Assembly: GCA_012295275.1 (NCBI GenBank)
Contig: CM022676.1
Span: 11,284,001-11,348,000 of the forward strand
Source: Chrysomallon squamiferum
Lineage: Eukaryota > Animalia > Mollusca
Direction: 5' to 3'
DNA length: 64,000 bases
Below are positions 1-12,932 of the stretch, in pieces. The translations under genes and the position numbers were made by a program. Position 1 is the stretch's first letter, and each line of letters starts with the position of its first letter. Below the pieces are notes generated by a model that had not been told where the DNA came from, searched no databases, and worked only from the letters and a program-made list of their open reading frames with translations.

Positions 1-160
<160 letters not shown>

Positions 161-727
161 TGCATTCCCACTCTTTCTTATGAATGTCTGCATTCTGCTC
201 CATCTTGTGTGTACCTGAATTAACAACACAAAACCAAACACTTGAGAATTGCTCTCTCATTCAAACAAACATAAATATCCGTGCTTGGTTTAGTCAAATT
301 ATAAAATATATAATATAATAACATGAATTTAATCATTTATTTATTTATTTAGTTTAAATAGGATGAAATAAAGCTATTTGATATATAGAAGGAATATATT
401 ATTTCATTACTGTTGTGTGTACGTGACTAAAATCATATAATCATGCTTTTCATTCGTGCAGTTTATTGATTTATCTTGCGAAAAGACCTGATACCGCCAG
501 TCTTACCTTTCTCTGTCCTATAAACCAGTTGCTGTGTCTATTATTATTGAAAATTAATCATATGCACAAACTATGTTATTGTAGTTGTTGCTTTTAGTGT
601 TGTTTACATAACAGTGAGTCTTACTCCTCCCTAAGTGGCCAGCAACAACATCACCATGTGCCAACAGCAACACCATCATCATGTGCCAACAGCAACAACA
701 TCATCACGTGCCAACAGCAACAATGAT

Positions 728-1900
728 GGACGGTATTTAGAGTGCACCACAATTCTACATCTTGTCACACATTCCCCACGCTCAGTCATAAACGTCTCCA
801 CCATCTTATTCATTAAAACGCCTTTGTTCACATAACAACCTGACATCTGATCTTCCAATTCATCCTGACATAACGCTGCAGGACGAGCTGCCAGTGAATC
901 AGCCCCCGCTCTTGAATTAACTGTCGTCTGTCACAAGGTAAAGTGCTTTTCTCAAACCGGTTCCTTTACCCTCGGCGGTACACCGCGCGTACTTCTTCAG
1001 TTCATGTATTTTACTAATAACCTCGTTCATTTCATTTTCCATGGCTCAGACAAAGCATAAACATCAACTGCTGGCCTAGTGATTACACCAGCAGGATATC
1101 CAGTGTCTCCGCTCTCTTCTGTTCATAAAGTCTCATCTTCCTTTATCAACTGACCTCTTTTCGGCTGGCAACACTGATTAGTCAAATCATTACCCAGCAA
1201 AACTCGCACGTTTGCAAGCTGTAAGTCTTTCGCAGCCGTCACAGACTCTGAACACAAGAAAACCTTGTGTAACCGGAACCCCTAATCTCCCCGGTAACCG
1301 AGGTCAAACTCTGTCCTGTATCCGAATTCTTAAAACCATCTGTATAATCTGAAACTGTGAGGACTCGTTACACCGACCTTCGCATTCAAGTCCTGATAGG
1401 CATCACAAACCATATCTCTGGACACATACGGGTTTACTTTTCCAGTAATTCTAGCTGAGCTGACCTCACTAAACCGACTACCTGGGCAGTATTGTGCTTT
1501 CTTTTGAAACAGTCCCCGATAAGATGGTTTTCGCCATCACTCACTGAGTAGTCCTCTCATCACTCACTGAGTAGTCCTCGCATCACTCACTGAGTAGTCC
1601 TCTCATCACTCACTGAGTAGTCCTCTCATCACTCACTGAGTAGTCCTCTCATCACTCACTGAGTAGTCCTCGCATCACTCACTGAGTTATAAGCTAACGC
1701 CCTATCTTCTCTTTCTCTTTCGTATTGAAACTTTTTAAAGGCTAACTGTCAACTCTTTTATCTGTCGAACAATCTCACTTTCTTCCAGATCATGCTTATC
1801 ACCTAAAACTTCTTTGATAATACTTTCCCTTATCTCGCCTAATGTCTTAGCTGATGATAAATCAATTTCCATCTCACTCTCGATTTCAACTAATTCGGCT
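728..1900 (-). mobile_element. Degenerate Ty3/gypsy LTR-retrotransposon gag-pol remnant (Gmr1-like: protease followed by pre-integrase region)
   Basis: Minus-strand fragments across frameshifts/stops, in order: gag-like helical ORF (1735-1900, IDLSSAKTLGEIRESII), DTGQSL (~1307-1324, protease DTG-like), VLLGNDL (~1183-1203), YPAGVITR (~1075-1098), LIQE (~910-921), CYVNKGVLMNK (~803-835), RIVVHSKYR (~730-756). These resemble the LRDTG..QSL / LLGNDL / FPxCxVTR / GVLMRKW / IVVP..YR motif series of such elements. No LTRs identified. Confidence 0.62.
1535..1687. repeat. 23-bp tandem repeat (CATCACTCACTGAGTAGTCCTCT) x~6.6
   Basis: Directly visible; each unit contains the inverted repeat ACTCA-C-TGAGT. 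Confidence 0.95.
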
Positions 1901-2184
1901 TTATGTATGTATGTATGTGTGTGTGTGTCTGTATACACACACACACACACACACACACATGCATGTACGTATAGCGTACTTATTCGCTTTAGTGAACAGA
2001 GCTGCTACGTCTAAGAATGTATGAAGCCCACAGTTGCAAGTCGCGTTCAAACAGGCGCGTCTCCCTTTCAGATCCCGGACAAAGGCCCCAGTTTTTCCTG
2101 TCACGGGGATTCCCCTAAGATGTAAATCTACCCGAGTTGGCTTTGTCTAGGGGTATCCGGTATGGGATTTATGTATGCAATATA

Positions 2185-2702
2185 TATACTTAAGCAAAAA
2201 AGTTTAGCCGCATGTTGTAAATGACTATTGCTTTCTGATAAATTAAAATAAAGTGATAAAACTTTGATAATATTTAATTGCATATGACCTGTGGCTTTGG
2301 GAAATGAAAAGAACACCACTTGTCATTTCACACGCCCCTATGTGTACTGCACGTGCAAACGCGGTGCGCTCGTGTTGTCGCAGAAGCGCGTGCAGTACGG
2401 ATGCACTGAAATCACGTGTTGATGCACTGAACCAACATCATCCAAAAACAAAAGGAAGAACTGATCCTGCTCAAACAGGGCGACCTCGTTCTGGTAGACC
2501 ACGATTAACTACTCCAAGAGAAGACAGGTATTCAGTGACGTCATCGCGACGTCACAGGTTCGAAACTGATCCACGTTTAGCCCGTAGTTTGCAGCAAATT
2601 ACTAGAATTCAGTAACTGACTCAGTGCTGCTGGATTTCAAGCAAGTTGCCCTGTTGTAGCTGTATCCCTGACGTAATTGCTAAACTTATTTGGCACAGTA
2701 TA
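2185..2702 (+). mobile_element. Internally deleted Tc1/mariner DNA transposon
   Basis: ORF 2304-2615 contains GRPRSGRPRLTTPREDR..SRRHRF, typical of the Tc1 DNA-binding GRPR linker. Degenerate terminal inverted repeats at 2185-2208 (tatacttaagcaaaaaagtttagc) and 2679-2702 (reverse complement tatactgtgccaaataagtttagc) match at 19/24, with TA at both ends. No DDE domain. Confidence 0.75.
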
Positions 2703-2874
2703 TTTTACAATTACCGTGTCACACTTTTGTACACCAGAACACAACAAACACAAGACACTTTTAAAAACTTTATTCGCACTAGCGTTGAATTTAATATAGT
2801 ATTAAAGACTAATATAGATGAATAGAAATATTGTAATATGTCACATCAATCATAAACGGGTTAACTGTGTGTAG

Positions 2875-3544
2875 TTATGTTGCAAACACAACAGCAAACA
2901 TCACTGAAAACACAAAGCAAGCGGCATGCAGAATCAGAGATCTCGTTTCCGGTTTTTCTGCAGAATTGAAGAACTTTCCGATTTTATTAACGGCATCCTT
3001 AGCAAAGTCTTCTGCCTTACTGCCAATCTCTTCCGCTTTCTTGGCTACGTCTTCGCCCAAATTGTGGGTTTCCTCAGCGTCATGCAAAGCTTTATCAACA
3101 GCTTTGCCAGCGTCATGCAAAGCTTTATCAACAGCTTTGCCAGGGTCATTCAAAGCTTTACCTTCATCGTCTGAAATTAGACCAATTACTACAAATATCA
3201 CCGGTTTTACTACTACAGCAGCTACCTACAGTTTTATTATTATTACCATTATTAGTAGTTTTACATCAACAACGACAGTATAAGTAATTAACAGTTACAT
3301 ATATTGTCAACATCTCTACTACTACAACTACTACATAGTGACATATATTATCGGCATTTTTGCTACTACAACCACTACATAAACAATTACCAGTTACATA
3401 TATTGTCATTGTTACGATCAGATACTATGTTAATGTTGACCTTGTTGTTGTATTTAATGTTTAGGTTAACATACCTGTTGATTCAGTGCCCATTGACATG
3501 ATCAAAATGAACACGCAAAACAAAGGAATGAATCGTAGAAACAT
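2875..3544 (-). CDS. Small secreted/GPI-anchored-like protein, 121 aa, with 11-mer amphipathic repeats (coding exons 3544-3475, 3170-2875)
   Basis: Exon 1 MFLRFIPLFCVFILIMSMGTEST (signal-peptide-like) ends G|GTATGT (phase 1). Acceptor TTTCAG at 3172/3171 resumes in frame: DDEGKALNDPGKAVDKALHDAGKAVDKALHDAEE...FFNSAEKPETRSLILHAACFVFSVMFAVVFAT*. The hydrophobic C-tail ends at the stop. An upstream acceptor at ~3571 and donor at ~3706 suggest a 5'UTR exon. Confidence 0.8.
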
Positions 3545-3852
3545 TTTTATTATTCTTAACCAAGTATTACCTGAAAAAAAAGAGAAAAAAAGAACATTCA
3601 TAAAATATAATTAAAATAAATAATAAATAAATACAACAGAACAGGTTTCATATGATTATGAAGACCTGTATTTCAATATTTAAATTAAAAATATTTCTTA
3701 AATTTACCTTTGCTCCTTCCTTGTCGGGTAGATAGTGAGCTGTTACAAGCAGCTAGTCGGGTATTTGTATAAACCCTTCTCTGATTTCAGTTATCTGCCT
3801 AACCTTGGTGTCTTGCAACACAAACAAAACACGTGCAGTGATGCGAAGTAGC

Positions 3853-3862
3853 GGAAATTTCC
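3853..3862. promoter_or_regulatory. Palindromic kappaB-like site GGAAATTTCC upstream of the small GPI-like gene
   Basis: Exact 10-bp palindrome ~150 bp upstream of the putative 5'UTR exon donor; function inferred only. Confidence 0.35.
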
Positions 3863-4444
3863 ATTCTACTTTCGTTTTTAAATTGTTGGCAGTACAAGTT
3901 AAGTTATTGTTTTTGTTACATACAGAATGTCGAGTATTACTGTTGGTGGTTTAAAGTACAATTCGCATTTTCTGTTGTTTGATTTGCACTGAAATGTTTG
4001 TCAGTTTGTGACAGTCAAATCTCGTTCTAACAGAAACAAACTAGACATGAAACGACAGAGTGTGTATAAACATGACGTCATGGTGACCATGAAACCTTCA
4101 AGTTGGCTCGTCCCGTCTAAAGGGTAGCAGATTACAACAGTGTCACATGACAGAGTTACTGATCTGAGACAGCTCAAAGTACCAAATGACTAGTCTGAGA
4201 ACAATAACGCAAAGAAGAGGTGAATATGGGTAATTGTTTATATTTCACATAAATTAACCACCAAAGATAACATATAATTTAATCGTAAGATTCTCACGAT
4301 ACAGTATAAAGGCAAATGGCGTTAATAGATAATACTATCCTAATTAAGCCCAGTTGGTTACTTAAACTTTCTAAGCTTTTAGTTATTAAAATATGTTATC
4401 TTAGTTTGTTGCTTGGTTTTCAAATGTAAGTAAGTACCACAGAA

Positions 4445-4957
4445 TACCACTATAAAATATCCAACAGAAATATACTTGGCTATCTTCTGTCAATCAACAT
4501 GTATGTTACATAAACAGAAATTTAACCCGTGACTGGCTCTGCCTGAGTGATCCTTTGTGCCGAGTACACGCCCCTCAGACAATGCGTGGCAAGCCTCGCA
4601 CTGAACAAACTGTCTCGTTTGAAAATATGAATTATAAACATGATTATACACCTTAGCTTAATAAATATTACCCACAATATTGTTATAATTGTTTCTTTAG
4701 AAAACCCACAATAAAGTGTTTTACGAATATTATATAATTCGCTAGATAGAACACAAAATTATGACTAAAAATTACGTCTGGCAAAGAGGCATTAATGAGG
4801 TTCCATCAGAGAGAGAGAGCTGTATTACCACTATAAAATATCCAACAGAAATATACTTGGCTATCTTCTGTCAATCAACATGTATGTTACATAAATAGAA
4901 ATTTAACCCGTGATCCTTTGTCCCGAGTACACGCCCCTCAGACAAGGCGTGGCAAGC
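4445..4957. repeat. ~140-bp direct duplication (4445-4600 and 4826-4957)
   Basis: taccactataaaatatccaacagaaatatacttggctatc...cgagtacacgcccctcagacaa occurs twice; the second copy has a short internal deletion. Confidence 0.9.
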
Positions 4958-5824
4958 GTGTATTTCAACATTTCAATATTTAAACTTATGTTTAGTTCCT
5001 TTTTCTCAGGTAGATACGGAAATCAGTTCTGTTTGAAATGGTAAGCAAACTATTTCTTAAAGTTCTTCAGTGAGACAAACTTCTAATTCAACCAAATAAT
5101 GTATTGTGTCAGACACTTAGTTTCTATTCATACTGCAATATCTGGGTACAAATTTAGAGCTGATTTCACCATTCAATCATCCAGGTATACCCAGTTCCAA
5201 AACAGGAATTGAATGTTACTGTCTCATTTCCAAATTAGTTTCTGAACTATCTTTTACAATCAAGGTATTGTAATGCATGCAAACTATAAACAATGCAAAG
5301 AAGCACAGAAATATATATATTAATAATAAAAAGTAACAACACTATTAATGCTAATAATAAAAGAGAATACATTTTTCTTTGTACAATATTAATAAATTTC
5401 ACTTGTGTAATAATATATTTATAACTCTTTTTCTCAAATATATTTTTGTGAGCATAAAAGCATATACGTACAAACTCAGAAACAATTTGTAATCAACAAA
5501 GAAGAACAAACAACATTTCTATATATATATATATATATTTTTAAATTTATTGTATATAGGTAAGAGGTTTACATAAATATTGAATTTTTTCACCATTGTA
5601 GAAAATCTAATTTTTGCTGACACATTACAAAATTGTGATGTTAATAAATAGTAAAATATTTTTATTACAAATATAGTCTTTGTTAAATAACAAATGTTTT
5701 TAACACCATTATTTTACATACATACACAACACACACAAACACACAACATACAAACATACACACAAATACACATATAAAAAAAAAAAATAAAAAATACTGT
5801 CATCATTTACTCCCCCAAAAATAA

Positions 5825-5868
<44 letters not shown>

Positions 5869-6544
5869 CAAATAAAATTACAATAATAATAATAATAAAA
5901 TAATTAAAATAAAATTATTTATTATAATTATTTCTTGAAAACAAACACAGTTCTGGTTACTATTAATTTTACTGTTAATGAGAAGGCACGACATTTGGAC
6001 TGTTACATGCTGTAAATTTCACAAAATGTCAGGAGAGGCTGGTTGTTACTGCTGTTTTCTGTTAGCTAACTTAACGTTATGTAGAACTCTCTGTAACATT
6101 CACGAATTTACTAAGTAACAAAAATACAATGTTACAGGTTACTAAGACTTGAAATTACGGACAAAGTGTGTGTGTCTATGTGTGTATGTGTTGTGTGTGT
6201 GTGTGTTTATGTGTGTATGTGTTGTGTGTTTGTGTATGGCTTTGTGTTTGTGTGTGTGTGTGCGCCTGTGTGTGTTTGTGTGTGTGCCTGTGTGTGTGTG
6301 TGTGTGTGTGTCTGTGTATATGTGTTTGTGTGTGTGTGTGTGGTTTGCCCAGTTATAAATTTCAAAGACAGATATATCTGTAAAGATACAGATATATAGA
6401 TACACAAATTTAAATAAACATAAGGATATAAAGACAAAGATACAGAAACAGATGTAGATTACAGACATAAAATATAGACATAAAGATAAAGATATACAGA
6501 TACGAAGAGACAGACTTTTATATATTGATACGAGAAAAAAAATA

Positions 6545-8022
6545 TAGAAATAGATAGAGATGTAGACATAGAAACAGATATGTAGAGATGTAGATATAGA
6601 AACAGATATGTAGAGATGTAGATACAGAAACAGATATGTAGATATGTAGATAGAGAAACAGATATGTAGAAATGTAGATACAGAAACAGATATGTAGATA
6701 TATAGATACAGAAACAGATATGTAGAGATGTAGATATAGAAACAGATATGTAGAGATGTAGATATAGAAACAGATATGTAGAGATGTAGATACAGAAACA
6801 GATATGTAGAAATGTAAATACAGAAACAGATATGTAGATATGTAGATGCAGAAACAGATATGTAGAAATGTAGATAGAGAAACAGATATGTAGAGATGTA
6901 GATACAGAAACAGATATGTAGAGATGTAGATACAGAAACAGATATGTAGAGATGTAGATATAGAAACAGATATGTAGAGATGTAGATACAGAAACAGATA
7001 TGTAGAGATGTAGATATAGAAACAGATATGTAGAGATGTAAATACAGAAACAGATATGTAGAGATGTAGATATAGAAACAGATATGTAGATGCAGAAACA
7101 GATATGTAGAAATGTAGATAGAGAAACAGATATGTAGAGATGTAGATACAGAAACAGATATGTAGAGATGTAGATACAGAAACAGATATGTAGAGATGTA
7201 GATACAGAAACAGATATGTAAAGATGTAGATATAGAAACAGATATGTAGAGATGTAGATACAGAAACAGATATGTAGAGATGTAGATATAGAAACAGATA
7301 TGTAGAGATGTAAATACAGAAACAGATATGTAGAGATGTAGATATAGAAACAGATATGTAGAGATGTAAATATAGAAACAGATATGTAGAGATGTAAATA
7401 TAGAAACAGATATGTAGAGATGTAGATATAGAAACAGATATGTAGAGATGTAGATATAGAAACAGATATGTAGAGATGTAAATATAGAAATAGAAAGATG
7501 TAAATATGTAGAGATGTAGATATAGAAACAGATATGTAGAGATGTAGATATAGAAACAGATATGTAGAGATGTAAATATAGAAATAGATATGTAGAGATG
7601 TAGATATAGAAACAGATATGTAGAGATGTAGATATAGAAACAGATATGTAGAGATGTAAATATAGAAATAGATATGCAGAGATGTAAATATGTAGAGATG
7701 TAGATATAGAAACAGATATGTAGAGATGTAGATATAGAAACAGATATGTAGAGATGTAAATATAGAAATAGATATGTAGAGATGTAAATATGTAGAGATG
7801 TAGATATAGAAACAGATATGTAGAGATGTAAATATAGAAATAGATATGCAGAGATGTAGATATGTAGAGATGTAGATATGTAGAGATGTAGATATGTAGA
7901 GATGTAGATATAGAAACAGATATGTAGAGATGTAAATATAGAAACAGATATGTAGAGATGTAGATACAGAAACAGATATGTAGAGATGTAGATACAGAAA
8001 TAGATATGTAGAGATGTAAATA
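6545..8022. repeat. 28-bp minisatellite (GATATGTAGAGATGTAGATATAGAAACA) ~50 units
   Basis: Directly visible; it produces the 28-aa periodic spurious minus-strand ORFs. Confidence 0.97.
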
Positions 8023-8251
8023 TGAAATAAATTGCCACAAACCACGTAATTTTTAAAAACTGCACTCGAGTTTAGAAAATTTATTTAAAAATAAATTGAA
8101 ATAATAAACAGAATTTAAACTGTTGTCAGTTTTAACTTTATTAAATGTAACTTGGTTATCTCTGCATATATTCAACACATCACTTTAAAAACACCTTGCT
8201 AGTTCACTTCTAAAATCTAAACATAAATGTATCACTAACAGATTATATTTA

Positions 8252-8945
8252 GAAGTGCTTTGAAATCTGACTGATAAAAACAAAATGTATCTGTTATGAT
8301 GTGGTGTGAGATTTGAACAATTTGTAAATGTGGTTTTTCAAGTGCTTTGAAATATGATTTTTCTGTTTACGTGGTTTTTCAAGTGCTTTGAAATCTGACT
8401 GACTTAGATGAAAACAAAATGTATCTGTTATGATTGAGATCTGTGTGAGATTTGAACGATTTGTAAATGTGGTTTTTCAAGTGCTTTGAAATCTGATTTT
8501 TCTGTTTACGTGGTTTTTCAAGTGCTTTGAAATCTGATTTTTCTGTTTACATGGTTTTTCAAGTGGTTTGAAATCTGATTTTTGTTTACATGGTTTTTGA
8601 AATTTACTATTACTAAGTAGATGGTTTGAAATCTGGTGAAGAGTTGTGAAAATAAAAAGCTGAGTCAGTGTTGAAAAGTCAGCTATGAAGAAACCATAGA
8701 GACGAAAGTGACAAGCAGACCAGAGCAAACTTCACTGTGTAAAGTGACACATATTTCAGTGTGAACTGCCCAGACGTAACAAACTCAAAGATAAACTTCA
8801 CTGTGTTTGTGACATGTATTTCAGTGTTTGTTGTGAACTGCACAGATGTAACGAACTCAAAGATAAACTTTCTTACAACATTTTCCTTTCCTCAGCTTCC
8901 TGAGTGTTTGGTGTGAACTGCACATATGTAACAAACTCAAAGATG
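8252..8945. repeat. Two degenerate tandem repeat tracts (~40-bp GTGGTTTTTCAAGTGCTTTGAAATCTGA...; GTGAACTGCACAGATGTAACAAACTCAAAGAT x3) in the TLCD5 3' end
   Basis: Repeated units visible at ~8330-8600 and ~8730-8945. Confidence 0.85.
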
Positions 8946-9606
8946 AAACATGATTACTCACAATCAAATCATTTATCAAACCAGCGGAGTTATCTACCCC
9001 TGGCACTACAACTCGTTTTCTAACTTCGTCCACTGAGGGGATTTCATTCAGAATTTCACCCACAAACTTGTTAATTCCAGCCTGTCTCGTCCACTGTTTC
9101 CGCTTGACTGAGCTAACGAAACCGTTCTGTTTGCTACGGTCCAGTCCGTTGCAGTGTGAGTGAGGTGATCCACTGGAGAATGCAGCAGCATTTACAACGT
9201 TTTCACGTTTGTGTGTGTACGCCCGCCACTTCCTCCTGTACTTCCTCACAGCGAACTGCAGAATGTGAATGAAAAACAGCCAGCCGATGCAGTAGATGCA
9301 CACACCTCCCAGTCGGCCGATGTAGTCCGTGGGCTGGTGGAAGTAGCTGTACAACAGTGCGGAACCGACGCCGATGCGAATGAAGCCGAAGAGAAGCATG
9401 AAGACGATGTCGTTGATTTCCCCGTACCAGGTGTTGTACTTGCCCACCTCCCTGAGGAACCAGCGCAGCTGCAGCAGTGGGTTAGTCAGCTCCCCCCCAC
9501 AGATTGTGGCCACCAGCTCCGTGCCCCACCGGCCAAAAATGAGACAGAGAGACAGGCCGAAAATACTTAGACAGTGGTGTACCATCATAACACCACCTGA
9601 ATAAAC

Positions 9607-9638
<32 letters not shown>

Positions 9639-9720
9639 ACATACACACATAGATACATACATAGATACAAAAATACTTAAACAGTGGTGTACCATCATAA
9701 CACCACCTGAATAAATAAAC

Positions 9721-9752
<32 letters not shown>

Positions 9753-10374
9753 ACATAAACACCTGAATAAATAAACAAATAAATAAATAAATAAATAATT
9801 ACATACACACATAGATACATACATAGATACAAAAATACTTAGACAGTGGTGTACCATCATAACACCACCTGAATAAACAAATAAATAAATAAATAAATAC
9901 ATTACATACATACATAGATACATACATAGATACAAAAATACTTAAACAGTGATGTACCATCATAACACCACCTGAATAAACAAATAAATAAATAAATAAA
10001 CATTACATACATACATAGATACAAAAATACTTAAACAGTGATGTACCATCATAACATCACCTGAATAAATAAACAAATAACTGAAAAAACAAATAAATAC
10101 ATAAATACATAGAACATACATAGATACATACATAGATACATACATAGATACATACATAGATACATACATAGATACATATATAAATACAAAAATTATAGTC
10201 CCAAAATACTTAAACTGTGATGTGCCATCAAAACACGACCTGAATAAACAAAATACAAACATAATTACAGTCACACACACACACAGACACTTATACATAC
10301 ACAAACATATATATATACATATATATATATACATACACAATTACAGTCACACACACACACAGACACTTATACAT

Positions 10375-10410
<36 letters not shown>

Positions 10411-12043
10411 ACACACAAATCATATATACACACATACATACATAAATATATACATAAACACACATAAACACATAAAGAAACAAATACAAATTAATAAATC
10501 AATAAACAAACAACTAAATAAATAAATTCTAAATGATCTATATATAACATACTGACACGTCTATGTATAATATTACATATATACTTCACACACAGATCTA
10601 TATGTAACATACTGACACATCTAACTATGTATAATATTACATATATACTTCACACACAGATCTATATGTAACATACTGACACGTCTAACTATGTATAATA
10701 CTACATATATACAATAGTATGTTCACAAAACACAAATTATATTAAACTAATATTATTTAGAACACAGTATTTCTCAGCTCACCAATAAACTGTTTTAAAC
10801 AAACCTTCAGTGTTGAAGTAAATGCACCAGGAGAAGTCAAATATGAAATAACCCAAACACACAGTCACTGTCAGCCACTGCAGGTCAGTGTTTGGTCCAC
10901 CTGAAACATTGCAACAACACTTTACACACTGTACAACATGTTTAAAACATAATACAATACATTTATATAATACTACAACATGTTTAAATCATTAATATAA
11001 TACTACAACATGTTTAAAACATAATACAATACATTTATATAATATTACAACATGTTTAAATCATTAATATAATACTACAACATGTTTAAAACATAATTCA
11101 ACATATTTATATAATACTACAACATATTTAAAACATAATTCAACATATTTATATAATACTACAACATATTTAAAACATAAATCAACATATTTATATAATA
11201 CTACAACATATTTAAAACATAATTCAACATATTTATATAATACTACAACATATTTAAAACATATTACAATATAATAAACACATATTTAAAACATAATACA
11301 ACATAATAACACAACATACTTAAAACATAATACAACATATTTGAAATATAACACTACAACATATTTGAAACATAATACAACATATTTATAAAGTAATACA
11401 TTTTAATAAAATAATACAAAATATTTAAAACAATAAATATTAAAAAAAAAAAAACTACTACTACTACTACTACTAATAATAATAATACCTCATATTAGAA
11501 AATAATGAAACATAGTTAATATTTATAGCAATAAATTTAATTGTTACAGATAACACTTAAAATATCCTGACTATTTAGGCTGCTGTAAAAGTATAAATAT
11601 TCAAACTACTAAACATAAAGTAATCATCATAACTTTATTTATAACATTATTTTTAATATATTATTAATAAGCCATTTTAACAGAAATTTATGTCAGCTAG
11701 TAACAAAGAAAACACAACTGACTGAAAACATTCACAGAGAAGACAGAAGACAAGTAACCATCTGGCAGACTCGAACATTTACCTTTCTAAAGACACAAAA
11801 CATTTTGCTATATACTGTGTGGTTCCATATATTACTTAACTTTTAAAGATGAAGTAATTTATAATTAGGTTATGAAGAAATATTAACAAATTAAATAAAG
11901 TTGTATTTTAGTTAACATTTACCTAAGAAGAATAAATTTATTAATTGTTTGGAGGAAAAACAATGAACAAATGAAAGTACAATGAAAAACCTGGTTAGGA
12001 ACAAATATGCAATAAATTTTAATATAAATTACATTAATATAAA

Positions 12044-12130
<87 letters not shown>

Positions 12131-12425
12131 TTAATTTAGAAGACTTGATATAAATTTAATAAGAACAAATTATGATACTGTTCATGGGTTGGTTGACTGT
12201 TTTGAAATATGAACAAACTGAAAATGAACTATTAGTCTCCAAGGCTTGTTTGTACTTTACAGCTCATTTCCACCACAAAAAACAGTAAATTAAAAATGCT
12301 CAGCTGAAACATCAGATATTTTTTATCACAGTTATTATTTTACTGAACCAGTGTGAAAAAAAGTAGAAAAAAAATGTGTATTATTATTAAACTTTATTTA
12401 TTTGTTATTTTATTAAACCAGTGCA

Positions 12426-12486
<61 letters not shown>

Positions 12487-12932
12487 GTAGTAGTAGTAGT
12501 AACATTAATAATTAATAATAATAACAATAATAGTAGTAGTTATAGCATTATTAAAAAAATAATAATAACAACAATAACAATAATAATAAAAATAATTGTT
12601 GTAGCATTATTAATAATAACAACATATTAATAATAACAACAACTGTAATAACAAATAATATAACAATAATAATAACAACAATAATAACAACAGTAATGTG
12701 TCGTTGTTTAATTCACTAAACCTGAGTCTGTGAAAGGCCAGGGACCCTGTACAAATGCGCACCAGGCAGCCAGGGCTGTGATGACAACACCATGCACCGC
12801 AGTGACAATTCTGCAGTGCCACTCACTGCTGTGTTTCTTGTCAACATGACACAACACAAAATACAACGACGTCCACAAACACAAAGCTGCAAACACAAGG
12901 GGCAGGTCTAGAGTTCCAATCTGTAATTTCAT
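8857..12932 (-). CDS. TLCD5: TLC-domain protein 5 (TMEM136), ~348 aa; coding exons 12932-12722, 10900-10805, 9596-8857
   Basis: The spliced product reads ...[14 protein letters not shown]...[10 protein letters not shown]|[32 protein letters not shown]|[13 protein letters not shown]...[35 protein letters not shown], the TMEM136/TLCD5 motif series. Both introns are GT-AG phase 1 and the frame is continuous. A 5'UTR acceptor lies at 12938-9. Confidence 0.93.
9560..10245 (-). repeat. Tandem duplications of the TLCD5 intron-2 acceptor plus first ~38 nt of exon 3
   Basis: TTCAG|GTGGTGTTATGATGGTACACCACTG.. recurs with AG at 9597 (true), 9707, 9763 (partial), 9869, 9972, 10061 and 10240. Confidence 0.93.
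10930..11400. repeat. AT-rich degenerate tandem repeat (ATAATACTACAACATATTTAAAAC-like) in TLCD5 intron
   Basis: Directly visible repeated units. Confidence 0.85.

Noticed and set aside
1535-1687. Palindromic 23-bp repeats resembling a CRISPR array
   Set aside because: Units are contiguous with no unique spacers, there are no cas genes, and the context is eukaryotic.
6142-8065. Three 515-632-aa minus-strand ORFs
   Set aside because: They are translations of a 28-bp minisatellite that lacks stops on that strand; the same periodic peptide appears in all frames.
9211-9604. Plus-strand ORFs of 119 and 76 aa
   Set aside because: Antisense shadows of GC-rich TLCD5 exon 3.
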